DNA of 64,000 nucleotides from Candidatus Micrarchaeota archaeon. Its GTDB lineage: Archaea; Micrarchaeota; Micrarchaeia; Anstonellales; Bilamarchaeaceae. The DNA lies in assembly GCA_043812915.1 (NCBI GenBank), contig JBDRLQ010000004.1:949-64948 (forward strand), written 5' to 3'. Position 1 is the first letter of the stretch, and the number at the start of each line of letters is the position of its first letter. Of this stretch, positions 18,776 through 28,653 are shown one piece after another. The notes under the pieces were generated by a model. It was not told the DNA's origin. It searched no databases and saw only the letters and a list, made by a program, of their open reading frames with translations. A program made the position numbers and the translations under genes.

Positions 18776-19408
18776 CTATCCACTCTCTTTTACTTTCACA
18801 AGCTTGATCCAGGTTCCCCTGACCCACTCCTCCTTTCCAAGGGCGAGCGTGGTGAATCCCATTCCTTTCTCGTCATTCCATTCAAGTGAGGCTGTGGTGC
18901 TGGTGATATCGGATACTCTCAGCCCCCTGCCGACATATCCGCCGACATCCGCTGCGTCGGGAAGGCCGTCAACCTCGAACCTTGCCCTTCCATTTACCAG
19001 CTTGGAGTTGTCGAAAAACTCCCTGTTACAGTCAACCATGTGGTGGAGAAGCTCAATGTTCCGAAGCATCGTGACATCCATATCCTCCAGGATTTCCAGG
19101 ATGAGCGGGTCGCTAACTCCCGCCATCCTCTCGATTGCCTCGCCTACGATTTCGCTCCTGAATGCCTTTGCGGCCTCATACCCGGCAATCCCCCTGCCAT
19201 TGTGGAACGAGGTCAGCATATAGAGCTCAATATCCCGCAGCAGCCTCTCCGAGACGCTCTCATTCCATCTGCCGACAGTGCCGGTCAAATCAAGGAACCT
19301 GAGCTTTATCATCCCCTTCTCGCCAGCCCACGCAAATTTTCCCTTTGTCTTGGCAGGTTCGGCCTTATCCCCTCTTTTGGGAGTAATGTCTCTGGTCGCG
19401 CTTGACAT
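18776..19408 (-). CDS. hypothetical protein
   Basis: 210-aa ORF in a codon-consistent region. No motif recognised. Confidence 0.5.
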   Translation of the reverse strand: MSSATRDITPKRGDKAEPAKTKGKFAWAGEKGMIKLRFLDLTGTVGRWNESVSERLLRDIELYMLTSFHNGRGIAGYEAAKAFRSEIVGEAIERMAGVSDPLILEILEDMDVTMLRNIELLHHMVDCNREFFDNSKLVNGRARFEVDGLPDAADVGGYVGRGLRVSDITSTTASLEWNDEKGMGFTTLALGKEEWVRGTWIKLVKVKESG

Positions 19409-19430
19409 GTTACTTCATATGTTAAGAAAT

Positions 19431-19438
19431 GTTTATAA
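19431..19438. promoter_or_regulatory. palindromic TATA box (TTTATAAA) in a divergent spacer
   Basis: AT-rich element between the divergent genes 18776..19408(-) and orc1(+). Confidence 0.4.
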
Positions 19439-19468
19439 ATCCATATTTCTGTGGTTTAAAGCGGCGGT

Positions 19469-19484
19469 TTTTTCCGCGGAAAAA
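19469..19484. promoter_or_regulatory. perfect 16-bp palindrome TTTTTCCGCGGAAAAA upstream of orc1/cdc6
   Basis: Read directly from the sequence. A half-site-like TTTCCGCAGGA follows at 19490-19500. The TTCC..GGAA dyad resembles mini-ORB cores. Confidence 0.35.
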
Positions 19485-19535
19485 CCTGATTTCCGCAGGA
19501 TATATAAGCGTTAGCAGCGTTTCAATCTAAGGGTA

Positions 19536-20603
19536 GTGAAAATGACTGATTATTTCGGGTTCAGGCGCGATGAGCCGGCGATAATTGCCAAGGAGGAAGT
19601 GCTGATGACCAGCCACCTGCCCGACGAGATGCTCTACCGCGACGCTGAGCTGCAGGCGACTGCTGACGCGGTAAAGCCCCTATTCAAGAAGCGCTACCCG
19701 GACAATCTTTTCATCCATGGAAAGTCCGGGACTGGCAAGACCTCGTGCGTGAAATATATAATGAGGCAGCTTACCGAGCACTCGGATAATGTCCTTCCTG
19801 TTTATGTCAACTGCTGGGAGAACTACACCCAGCTTGCGGTCTACAACCGGATAATCGAGGATATGAGGCTCCCATTGCCGCGCAGGGGGATGGCGACAGA
19901 TGAGATATTCGACAGGATACTGCAGTATGTCAAGAACTACAGCAAGCCCGTCCTGCTTATCCTGGATGAGCTGGACGGCCTCAGGCACCCGGAGCTCCTT
20001 TACGCCGTTTCAAGGGCGAATGAGAAACCCGGAATCCTGTTTGGCATAATCGCGATTACGAACAACAGCGCCCTTCTTGCCGGCCTTGATGCCAGGGTGA
20101 GGGGCTCTCTCCGCTTTTCTGAGCGGGAATTCAAGCCTTATTCGGAGGACCAGATATTCGGGATTTTGAGGAGCAGGGCTGAGGCGGGCCTGGTCCCTGG
20201 CAGCTGGGATGAGAAGCTGCTCCGGAAGATTGCAAGGGGGGCAAAAGACGGCTCTGCCCGCGTTGCGCTGCACCAGCTCTGGAAGGCGGCAAAGAAGGCC
20301 GAGAACCGCAGCCAGAAGAAGATTACAATCCAGGACCTGGAGGACGTCATTGCCGAGGAGGAATCCTCGCTCAGGCTACAGGAACTGAATCTCTCCCCTG
20401 AAGAGCAGCTGATTGTCGGGCTCCTCAAGAATGGCCAGATGCGCTCATCTGACCTTTATGATAAGTTCAAGAAGAAGATTCCGAAGACAAAGAGGCAGAT
20501 AAGGAATTATCTGGAGCGTCTTGAGAAGAAGGAATTGATAGAGTCAGAGGAGCTTGAAGCCGAGGGCATGCTCAGGCCCAGGGTCTTCAGGCTGAAGAGC
20601 TAG
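19536..20603 (+). CDS. orc1: Orc1/Cdc6 replication initiator
   Basis: AAA+ Walker A IHGKSGTGKTS, Walker B LLILDELD, and a C-terminal winged-helix region. The start is GTG 19536 or ATG 19542. Confidence 0.9.
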   Translation: MKMTDYFGFRRDEPAIIAKEEVLMTSHLPDEMLYRDAELQATADAVKPLFKKRYPDNLFIHGKSGTGKTSCVKYIMRQLTEHSDNVLPVYVNCWENYTQLAVYNRIIEDMRLPLPRRGMATDEIFDRILQYVKNYSKPVLLILDELDGLRHPELLYAVSRANEKPGILFGIIAITNNSALLAGLDARVRGSLRFSEREFKPYSEDQIFGILRSRAEAGLVPGSWDEKLLRKIARGAKDGSARVALHQLWKAAKKAENRSQKKITIQDLEDVIAEEESSLRLQELNLSPEEQLIVGLLKNGQMRSSDLYDKFKKKIPKTKRQIRNYLERLEKKELIESEELEAEGMLRPRVFRLKS

Positions 20604-21074
20604 CTATCTTGAAATCTCAATCTCATATCTCTCTATTCTGCTCTTGCCCGGCGGGAACTTCACGTTCCTAAGAGGCACAAATTCCCTGATTGTTTCGGTT
20701 ATGTCAGTCCTTCCAAGGCCGCCCTTTCCTGTCTTTGCGGTAGCGCTGGATATCTCCGCGCTTCCATCGCCTTTTATTGCCACGGTGACGGAAACCACCG
20801 CGCTTTTCGGAGAGCCAGGCATTAGTCGCAGTATCTCTCCTCTTTTGCTCCTTATAGGTCTGCCCAATGAGCCGCCGATGACTGCGCGCCGGTAGCTGCC
20901 GCTTGGGCCAGTTGGGGAATCATGCGTAGAATCGGAAGACGGCGCCCCATTGCAGTTTGGCATGTCCGGGCCAAGCTGCCACGCCGCAAGGCCTGCGAGG
21001 GTAAAAGACGTGGCGGTCATTAGGCCAACAAGAACCTTGGTTGCGCGCGATGTCTCCCTCCTTCTCTGCCGCAT
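20604..21074 (-). CDS. hypothetical exported protein
   Basis: N-terminal RRRETSRATKVLVGLMTATSFTLAGLAA, an R-rich n-region followed by a hydrophobic helix. No domain recognised. Confidence 0.45.
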   Translation of the reverse strand: MRQRRRETSRATKVLVGLMTATSFTLAGLAAWQLGPDMPNCNGAPSSDSTHDSPTGPSGSYRRAVIGGSLGRPIRSKRGEILRLMPGSPKSAVVSVTVAIKGDGSAEISSATAKTGKGGLGRTDITETIREFVPLRNVKFPPGKSRIERYEIEISR

Positions 21075-21128
21075 GCAATTACATATCCATGAAAATGTTT
21101 ATAACATAACAACTCATCCTGGAAATAT

Positions 21129-21371
21129 TCATTTCCCAGAAGCTTTCCGGAGAAGTTCCTTCAGCTTGTCAGAATCAGGAATCCCGTCCTCGCAGAGCAC
21201 CTTGCCATTCACTATTATCGCCGGCGCGTGCGCCATGCACGCCTCCATGGTCCTCTCCCCCATGACAAACGCGATGCTCGCTCTGAGCCCCAGCTCTGAA
21301 ACAGCGAAATGGAGCTCCTTCTCAATCTTCTTGGTGTCCGACCAGGTCGTGGTGACAACTGTGATTTCCAT
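21129..21371 (-). CDS. small thioredoxin-fold protein (redox-active-disulfide-protein-2-like) lacking CxxC
   Basis: 80 aa. PAIIVNGKVLCEDGIPDSDKLKELL is typical of Thioredoxin_3-type proteins. The N-terminal CxxC position reads TTWSDTKK. Confidence 0.55.
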   Translation of the reverse strand: MEITVVTTTWSDTKKIEKELHFAVSELGLRASIAFVMGERTMEACMAHAPAIIVNGKVLCEDGIPDSDKLKELLRKASGK

Positions 21372-21379
21372 AAGACCAA

Positions 21380-22006
21380 CTACAACCGAATTGCAAATGA
21401 CGTGCGGTAGGCTTTCCGGCCGCCCTCCTTGACCCCGACGAGCTTTGTGGTTATCTTGGCATTCAGCCCAAGCTCCCGCACAAGCTCGAGCACCGCCTTG
21501 CTGTTGCCGACATACAGGTCAATCCCGCCTTTCTGCGGCGTCTCCTTCGTTATGAACGTCCTCTTGGAGAGCCTGCCCTCAAAGAGCTTCCGGTTTTTCT
21601 CCACCTTCTCATCCTTTCCGCGCAACTGAACGATGGCCTCGAAGTATCCGCCGCTTACCCTAGAGCAGGTCGGGCAGGTGACGGTAACACTCTCAATGGC
21701 ATACTTTCTGCCGACCTTTATCTCCGAGCCCCGCTTCTCGATAATGAAATTGACAATCCCGTTCTCAAGGTCATACTCAGCCGATTTGAAATCCCCCCTG
21801 CACTTGCTCACCACCTGCTCCCTGATTTTTTTGTCGCTATGGCGCATCCACTCGCCCTTGAGGAACATCTTGTTGCAGTGCTTGCATATCTGCACGGTTA
21901 TTTTCTTTTCCGGGACCTTGACATTTACCGGGTAACAGTCAACGCAGAACGATTCGATGAACTTGACCGCGTCATCCGTCTTCCCGCACTTGGGACATAT
22001 TAGCAT
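21380..22006 (-). CDS. NMD3-family protein (archaeal homologue)
   Basis: Cys clusters CPKCG, CVDC, CKHC and CPTC plus GGYFEAIVQLRG, which resembles the NMD3 core motif. Confidence 0.75.
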   Translation of the reverse strand: MLICPKCGKTDDAVKFIESFCVDCYPVNVKVPEKKITVQICKHCNKMFLKGEWMRHSDKKIREQVVSKCRGDFKSAEYDLENGIVNFIIEKRGSEIKVGRKYAIESVTVTCPTCSRVSGGYFEAIVQLRGKDEKVEKNRKLFEGRLSKRTFITKETPQKGGIDLYVGNSKAVLELVRELGLNAKITTKLVGVKEGGRKAYRTSFAIRL

Positions 22007-22041
22007 GCTTTATATAGGTTAGACATCGATATAAAAAACTA

Positions 22042-23823
22042 ATGAGTGCCAAGAACATCAAGAGTGCGGTCAGTCTCACGAGTTATTTCTTCTCATTGCC
22101 GCCAGCCCATCTTCTTCTGCTCGGAATAATCGGCATTGGAATAGTCTTTGGGCTGTTCATAGATTTCGGGAAATACGGCGCGGCAGACTATCTCATGCAT
22201 GCCATAATCGACGGCACGACCCTTCTGATTGCCCCGGTGCTGCTATCGGCACTTGTAATTAAGCTGCTCATAAGGAAGATGCCGGCCAGGAGGATTCTCG
22301 CAACCGCGCTGGGCGGGGAATTCGTATATGCCACGGCGTATTCATTGAGCCTGCTAATCATGGATGTCAACATTTTCATGGCAGAGCTGGTGCTTCTTAT
22401 CGGCGCCGCGGTGGTATTCGTGTTCTGGTATGCGATTGCCCGGCTGGTGTTCATCCTGAAATACCGCTCGATACTTTTCGCAATAATACAGCTGCTCTTC
22501 TACCTGGTGTTCTTCTTCGGGAACCAGGCGATGTACTTCACCGACGAGCCGCTGCAGGAGCTTGCGCTCAAGATGGGCCTCTCATCCTTCGTTCTTCTTG
22601 CGGCCCTCATGATATTCTTCCAGATAATCAACGCGCCCATGAAGAAGAGCTTCGGCTTCAGCAGCACAGATGCCGCCACATACTTCATCAACCAGTGGCT
22701 CTACAGCAACAAGGACCTGGAGCGGGCGTTCGCCTCTGTCGGCCAGAAGGTGAAGACCCTGGTATCAGTCATGGGATTCAAGAGGAAGAATGACACGGTA
22801 TTCTTCGTCACTCCATATGTCCACTACGGTCCCTTCGGGAACCTTGGCGGCAGCGAGTTCTCCTACCTTATCGCAAAGAAGATGGACATCAAGTACAATT
22901 CAAAGACCTTTGTGTTCCATGGGACAGTGACGCATGACCTCAATCCGGTCGCCTCATCGGAAATCACCAAAATCATGAAGACTATCGACGGCATAATCAC
23001 GGATGCCAAATACAAGCCGACGGATGTATCGCTTCAGATCGGCCAGGAGGATGAATGCCGGGCGGAAACGCTCGTCATCGGCGATAGCGCGTTCGTCGGA
23101 GTAAGCCGCGCCCCACTGGTGACGGAGGACATCAACTTCGGGCTGGGCCTGTCCATGATGTACAGTGCGGAGCGCTATGCGAAGAATGTCATGCTGGTTG
23201 ACCAGCACAATGCCGAGACGGGTGAAATCACAAGCTTCGAGCCGGGGGAGCCGGTCGGCTACAGCTACCTGCGCGCCGTGCGCAATTCGATGGAGGCAAA
23301 GCCGAACAGGAAGAAGCTGCAGGTCGGCGCCTCCTATACGGCATCCGATTCCCAGGTCCTTGGAAAAGGGGGAATCAAGACTGCGATAATCTCAAGCGAC
23401 CCGCCGTATGTCATGATTGTGCTGGACTGCAACGGTGTCACCCCGAAGTTCAGGAAAACTATCGAGGACAATATAATTGAACTCGGGAAATCAAAGGGCG
23501 AGGAATGGGCCGTCGGTGTGTTCACGACAGATACGCACCAGACCAATATCGTAAAAGGCGTCCTCAACCCGCTCAAGGAAGAGGAGAGCATTATCGATGA
23601 CATAAAGAAAGGGGTCATGGACGCCAGAAATGACATGCAGGATGCCCAGTTCTTCGGGGACAAGAGATGGTTCGACATAAACGTGCTCGGAGCCAAGCAG
23701 TCTATCGAGCTGGTATCCACTGTGAATTCAATCGTCGCGGTAGGGAAAATCACCGCGCCTCTAATAGCGCTTGGCGCGCTTCTTGCAATACTGGTAATAC
23801 TGGCAGTGCTTTCAAAACTATAG
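22042..23823 (+). CDS. large polytopic membrane protein (resembles the archaeal DUF2070 family, from memory)
   Basis: About 6-7 N-terminal TM helices, a ~350-aa soluble domain and a C-terminal TM helix. Confidence 0.55.
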   Translation: MSAKNIKSAVSLTSYFFSLPPAHLLLLGIIGIGIVFGLFIDFGKYGAADYLMHAIIDGTTLLIAPVLLSALVIKLLIRKMPARRILATALGGEFVYATAYSLSLLIMDVNIFMAELVLLIGAAVVFVFWYAIARLVFILKYRSILFAIIQLLFYLVFFFGNQAMYFTDEPLQELALKMGLSSFVLLAALMIFFQIINAPMKKSFGFSSTDAATYFINQWLYSNKDLERAFASVGQKVKTLVSVMGFKRKNDTVFFVTPYVHYGPFGNLGGSEFSYLIAKKMDIKYNSKTFVFHGTVTHDLNPVASSEITKIMKTIDGIITDAKYKPTDVSLQIGQEDECRAETLVIGDSAFVGVSRAPLVTEDINFGLGLSMMYSAERYAKNVMLVDQHNAETGEITSFEPGEPVGYSYLRAVRNSMEAKPNRKKLQVGASYTASDSQVLGKGGIKTAIISSDPPYVMIVLDCNGVTPKFRKTIEDNIIELGKSKGEEWAVGVFTTDTHQTNIVKGVLNPLKEEESIIDDIKKGVMDARNDMQDAQFFGDKRWFDINVLGAKQSIELVSTVNSIVAVGKITAPLIALGALLAILVILAVLSKL

Positions 23824-23825
23824 AA

Positions 23826-24287
23826 TCAGTAAGTCTTCCCGCCACCGTTCTTCCAGGCGATGAGGAGCTCCAGGCACTCTTCCCGCAGGAAATCCCCGGT
23901 AATCTTCAATTTTGAGCCGCCCCTCTTCTTCATATCATTGTTGTCTATCGTAAGCTCAGAAAAGCCAAGGTCCTGGACATCCTTTATCCTTGTGCCAAAG
24001 ACTATATGATTCATCTTCGCCCAGTGGATTGCGGAGAAGCACATCGGGCAGGGCTCGGTGGTGGAATATATTGTGCAGCCGCTAAGGTCATGCGTCTTGA
24101 GCTCCCTGCAGGCTGCCCGGATGGCGCTGATTTCCGCATGGTCGGTAGGATCGTTCCTTGAGAGCACGGTGTTATGCTCCACGGAAATGACCTTGCCGCC
24201 CTTAACGATGCAGGAGCCGAACGGGGACTCGCCGTTCCTCACCCCGTCTATCGCCTTCTCAATGGCCAGCCTCATATGTTTCTTCAT
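23826..24287 (-). CDS. CMP/dCMP-type zinc deaminase (guanine/nucleoside deaminase-like)
   Basis: Zinc motifs HAE(ISAI) and PCPMC(FSAI). Confidence 0.85.
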   Translation of the reverse strand: MKKHMRLAIEKAIDGVRNGESPFGSCIVKGGKVISVEHNTVLSRNDPTDHAEISAIRAACRELKTHDLSGCTIYSTTEPCPMCFSAIHWAKMNHIVFGTRIKDVQDLGFSELTIDNNDMKKRGGSKLKITGDFLREECLELLIAWKNGGGKTY

Positions 24288-25117
24288 CCGCCAACCACCA
24301 TCCTCAGCACATCCCTGATTCCGGGAGCGAATCCGATTATCATGAGCACCAGGGCAATAAAGTTCCTTTCATCAACTTCCATCTTCTCCTTCATGAGCAG
24401 GTATGCGGCTGCCGAGGCAATCGCCACCTTGAGAAGGTAGAATGTGAAGAAAGTGTCGAAAATCTCCCCAACGCCCGCCGAGAATACGTGCTGCTCCCCG
24501 TACCTGATGCCGCTAATCCCCGAGAAAAAGTCGATAACGAAGAATGTGGCGGCCCCGTCAAGCGCGTGCCCGGCGACAATGCCGGCAAGTATCCCGTCTT
24601 TCAGGTATCTGTGGACAAGGTAGGCGGGTATCGCGGCAAGGACAAGTATCGGCAATGCCCATACCGCGTATTCCATCAGGGGGAGGAGCAGCAGGAAATT
24701 GGGCAGCCAAAGCGCCAGGCCGACATGGCCAAGGAGCTCCATGCGCCTGATTCTGTAGAGAATGGACATGGAGACGAACAGCAGGAATGCGGTGACCAGG
24801 TAAATTCCCGGCGAAGTGGTGAGATAGCCGTAATCATAGATATGGCTGTCCAGGACCAGCTGGTGCACCTGGCTTACTGCCTTGAAAGCCCCGGTGTCGA
24901 TGGAGTCCGTCACCACTCTCATGGTGGAGCCCAGGAGGACGAAGCACAGGACGCTCCTGATGAACATCCCGTCAATCTTTATCCTGCTCCTAAGAATCCG
25001 GAAGATGAGAAATACTGCTAAAATCGCGATTGCGGCGTACGTGAGGGTATTCACAATGTTATAGCCGCTATGATCCCAGATGGGGGCAATAAAGTAATCG
25101 TTAATAAAGTTTTCCAT
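24284..25117 (-). CDS. polytopic membrane protein (DUF63-like, from memory)
   Basis: N-terminal FIAPIWDHSGYNIVNTLTYAAIA followed by about 7 TM helices. Confidence 0.55.
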   Translation of the reverse strand: MENFINDYFIAPIWDHSGYNIVNTLTYAAIAILAVFLIFRILRSRIKIDGMFIRSVLCFVLLGSTMRVVTDSIDTGAFKAVSQVHQLVLDSHIYDYGYLTTSPGIYLVTAFLLFVSMSILYRIRRMELLGHVGLALWLPNFLLLLPLMEYAVWALPILVLAAIPAYLVHRYLKDGILAGIVAGHALDGAATFFVIDFFSGISGIRYGEQHVFSAGVGEIFDTFFTFYLLKVAIASAAAYLLMKEKMEVDERNFIALVLMIIGFAPGIRDVLRMVVGG

Positions 25118-25129
25118 CGAACCAACTGC

Positions 25130-25429
25130 ATGAGTAAGAAGCCGAAAAAGATTATAAAGTCGAGCGTGCGCGACTCCATCAAAAAGCTCATCACGGAAGC
25201 GGGAAATGCATACAAGGCAGGAAAGAAGGACCGCTCAAAGAGGTATGTGCAGATGGCGATGGACCTCGTGAAAAAGCACAAGGCCCGGCTTCCTTCCGAA
25301 CTGCGCAACAGCTTCTGCAGGAAGTGCCGCCTGATGTGGTATCCGGGGAAGACGGCAACGATATCCTTCGACAAAAAGAACAACTGCCTTAGGGTAAAAT
25401 GCCAGTGCGGCCACTCCAAGCGGCTCTAA
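25130..25429 (+). CDS. rnp4: RNase P protein component 4 (Rpp21/Rpr2)
   Basis: Basic helical N-terminus and zinc ribbon FCRKCRLMW...CLRVKCQCGH. Confidence 0.85.
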   Translation: MSKKPKKIIKSSVRDSIKKLITEAGNAYKAGKKDRSKRYVQMAMDLVKKHKARLPSELRNSFCRKCRLMWYPGKTATISFDKKNNCLRVKCQCGHSKRL

Positions 25430-25460
25430 TTTAAAATATTTCTTTTCCTATACGCTCCGT

Positions 25461-26447
25461 ATGGAATTCTATGAACGCTCCAGGCCCCAGCTGGAACTGG
25501 TGGAAGGGCAGATGAAGGAGATGCTCGAGGGTGAGCGTGAAGATGTCTACGGCATGCTCTACCCGTTCATCCAAAGAGGCGGAAAGAGGATAAGGCCGCT
25601 TCTTGCAATCCTGGCGTGCGAGGCTGTCGGCGGGGACGTGCGGAGCGTCATCAGGCCCGCGGCCGCGGTGGAGCTTTTCCACAACTTCACCCTAATCCAT
25701 GATGATATCGCCGATGATTCGCAGTTCAGGCGCGGGGAGCATACTCTCCACGTGACCTATGGCATTCCGATAGCGCTCAATTCCGGGGACGCGCTCTATA
25801 CTATCGTCTGGAAGAACATCGTTAGCATGGAGATTGAGCCTGAAAGGCTGCTGTCCCTCCAGGCGCTTTACGCAGACACATTCAAGCTCGTGGTCGAAGG
25901 CCAGGGGATGGAGCTGGACTGGTACCGCAGGAACAGCTTCGATGTCACCGAGAAGGACTACTTCGAGATGATTAACAGGAAGACCGCCGCCTTGATTGGC
26001 CTTTCATGCCAGCTGGGGGGATTCATGGCAGGGGCAGATGAGAATATTTTGCAGGCGCTATGGAATTTCGGCGAGAAAATCGGGACCGCATTCCAGATTC
26101 ATGATGACGTGCTCAACATAGTCGGAGATTTCAATAAATACCAGAAGGAAATCGGGGGCGACATCTCCGAGGGCAAGCGCTCGCTGATTATCGTGCATTT
26201 CCTCTCCCGCGCATCGGACGAGGAGCGGAAGAAGGTAGCTAGGGTCCTCTCAACCCACTCCAAGAGCGAGGAGGACATAAGGCACGTGATTGAGCTCCTC
26301 AAGAAGCACGGCTCAACCGACTATGCAAGCAGCGTCGCGAAAAAGCTTGTTGAAGAGGCCAAGAAGGAGCTGGAAGCCCTCCCAGGTTCAGAGGCTAAAA
26401 ATGCCATGCTCGCGGTGGCTGATTTCGTTGTGCTGAGGGAGAAGTAG
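25461..26447 (+). CDS. idsA: polyprenyl (geranylgeranyl) diphosphate synthase
   Basis: First and second Asp-rich motifs: LIHDDIADD and FQIHDDVLN. Confidence 0.88.
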   Translation: MEFYERSRPQLELVEGQMKEMLEGEREDVYGMLYPFIQRGGKRIRPLLAILACEAVGGDVRSVIRPAAAVELFHNFTLIHDDIADDSQFRRGEHTLHVTYGIPIALNSGDALYTIVWKNIVSMEIEPERLLSLQALYADTFKLVVEGQGMELDWYRRNSFDVTEKDYFEMINRKTAALIGLSCQLGGFMAGADENILQALWNFGEKIGTAFQIHDDVLNIVGDFNKYQKEIGGDISEGKRSLIIVHFLSRASDEERKKVARVLSTHSKSEEDIRHVIELLKKHGSTDYASSVAKKLVEEAKKELEALPGSEAKNAMLAVADFVVLREK

Positions 26448-26531
26448 CACCAACTCTTTTCCTTCCAGAAGCACACACAACCTCGTAAAACCGCCAAAAT
26501 ATTTAAATAGTCCCGTATACAATTCTTCTTC

Positions 26532-28643
26532 ATGTTGTCCCCCTCAAAATCCGTGCTCGCCCTGCTTTTCATGTTCGGGCTTGCCCTGGCCTCTTTCGAT
26601 ATTAGTGACTACCTGTATGATGATGAGACGGTCGATTCGGTATCCTATGAGGATTTCACCTATCTTGGTAACAATTACCGCATAGTCAGCCTTGCAGGAG
26701 AAGATATTTTCCTGCTCAGGAATGGCGAAATAATGGCGGATTCGGCGGAGGTTGAGGATGTCATCTACGAATATTATCTTGACACTTATTATCCGAGCGA
26801 CTCCGAAGTCGCTGAAATGAGGAGGCTTCTTGAGGATTATAACCGCAGCAGGAATGACGGCCAGAAGTTCATAGGAAGGGAAGAGTACACCTGCAGGGGA
26901 GTGCTCTTCATTGACGGAAGGGTGAAGTATGGCACAGAGCCGATTGTGTGCAGGACAGAAGCGGATGACCTGCTCTGCCAGTATGCCGGAAAGCTCATGT
27001 GGCAGTACCTCACCTCCGTAACCGGGGTCCCGCCTGTGGCATCCTGGGAGGACCTTTATGAGCCCATAAAGGAATTCGGCCTCTCAAGCCATAGCGCGGA
27101 TGTCATTTTTGAAACCGCCTTCTCAAAGCTGGATTCGGCCGAGGATGACCGCGGCAGGATGTACGATGCGCTATCCTATATCCATGGCGCTATCCCTGAT
27201 CTGGAGGAGCACATCGAGGTGATGGAGACCAACATGTTCGGCTGGACTCCTGAGAAATCCTGCGACAGCACCCACTGGTGCATGTGCCCCGATCTGGACC
27301 TGAACGACAGCATACTTGAGGATGTTGAGGATAAGGCTTCGGACCTGATGGACAAGATGGGCCCCTTCGCCAACTACCGCGGAGTATCCGGGGAACTTGG
27401 CAACAACACCGCTGACCGGATTGCGTTCGCGGCAGGCGAGCGCTCCGCAGGGACCTATGGCGAGCAGTTCGCAGCGCTACAGGTAGCCGGGCAGAATGCA
27501 ATCGCACTCGGAAGGCGCGCGGTGAGCCACACCACGAACCCAACGCTCGCATCAAAGCTCGACACGCTCGAATCCCTTGAAGCTACAATCCCCGCCAACA
27601 TAGATTCCCGTGAATTCAGCGCGATGGCATCAGACCTTGAGGACTATGCCAGACTCACAGGGGAGGTCCAGAGCCTTTCGGCATCATCGCTTTCTGTTTA
27701 CAATAATACGCTTGAAGAGAAGAACAACGCGGACACGCTCCTGCTGGTCCTTGAGACCAGGGAACTCGACCCGTTCTCCGCAACCGAGCTGGACAAGCTC
27801 AAGAATGACTCTTTTGATTTGGACGCGAAGTTCAGGGAGGGCCTTACCGCTGATGAGTGGGGGGCTCTTGCAGACGAATACCGGAATGTGAGCTCAAGGG
27901 CAACCACCCTCCTGCAGGACCAGGAGGAGAGCCCTGTGTACAACGCGTTCCTACTTTTCAGGGGATTCGCGCGCAAGATGAATGTTGGAATCGCGGACTT
28001 CGTAACCGCCACTGATCTTGCCACTCCGGCCGAGGTCCCTGACAACAAGTACCTGGCCTTCGGGGGATTCTCCCTGTTGGTGCTCCTTTCTTTCGGGGCG
28101 ATAATGCTTATCGCCTTCCTTTCAGTGCTGGTCTTCAAGAGACTGCACCTTTCAAGGAAGCGCTATGTCCTGATGGCCGCCTTTGTCGGCGGAATGGGCA
28201 TCCTTGTGCTCTTCTCAGGGCTGCTCTTCACTTACATGGAGAAGACCTGCTCAGATTCCTCGGTTGAGGAATATCTTGTCGATTTCGAGAGCCGGGATTC
28301 CACCGCCCTTGTAATCGACATGCGCAGCGTCACATTCAATGAGAACCCGATGATTGACTGCGCGAACTCCCTGGCATCGACATTCAGCAGCCAGAACAAG
28401 TCCGTTACCGTGTATGAATTGCGTGCCGGCACGTGCGATAAGAGGGTGTTTGGCGATACCGCATATCCGATGGGCATCTACTCCTGTATGGACGAGGCGT
28501 CCGGCATGGGCTCCATGTTCGTGCTGAACTACTCAAATGTGGTGGAGGAACCCCACTTCTCGACAATATATTTCAACAAGGCTGAAATCAGCGGCAATAC
28601 GGCATACTATGATTCGTGCCCGCTAACGGCCCTGTTCAACTGA
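26532..28643 (+). CDS. large hypothetical exported protein with C-proximal TM helices
   Basis: Signal-like N-terminus (VLALLFMFGLALASF), an acidic ~500-aa region, two TM helices (FGGFSLLVLLSFGAIMLIAFLSVLVF, VLMAAFVGGMGILVLFSGLLF), then a Cys-containing tail. Confidence 0.55.
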   Translation: MLSPSKSVLALLFMFGLALASFDISDYLYDDETVDSVSYEDFTYLGNNYRIVSLAGEDIFLLRNGEIMADSAEVEDVIYEYYLDTYYPSDSEVAEMRRLLEDYNRSRNDGQKFIGREEYTCRGVLFIDGRVKYGTEPIVCRTEADDLLCQYAGKLMWQYLTSVTGVPPVASWEDLYEPIKEFGLSSHSADVIFETAFSKLDSAEDDRGRMYDALSYIHGAIPDLEEHIEVMETNMFGWTPEKSCDSTHWCMCPDLDLNDSILEDVEDKASDLMDKMGPFANYRGVSGELGNNTADRIAFAAGERSAGTYGEQFAALQVAGQNAIALGRRAVSHTTNPTLASKLDTLESLEATIPANIDSREFSAMASDLEDYARLTGEVQSLSASSLSVYNNTLEEKNNADTLLLVLETRELDPFSATELDKLKNDSFDLDAKFREGLTADEWGALADEYRNVSSRATTLLQDQEESPVYNAFLLFRGFARKMNVGIADFVTATDLATPAEVPDNKYLAFGGFSLLVLLSFGAIMLIAFLSVLVFKRLHLSRKRYVLMAAFVGGMGILVLFSGLLFTYMEKTCSDSSVEEYLVDFESRDSTALVIDMRSVTFNENPMIDCANSLASTFSSQNKSVTVYELRAGTCDKRVFGDTAYPMGIYSCMDEASGMGSMFVLNYSNVVEEPHFSTIYFNKAEISGNTAYYDSCPLTALFN

Positions 28644-28653
28644 GGTCAAACAA

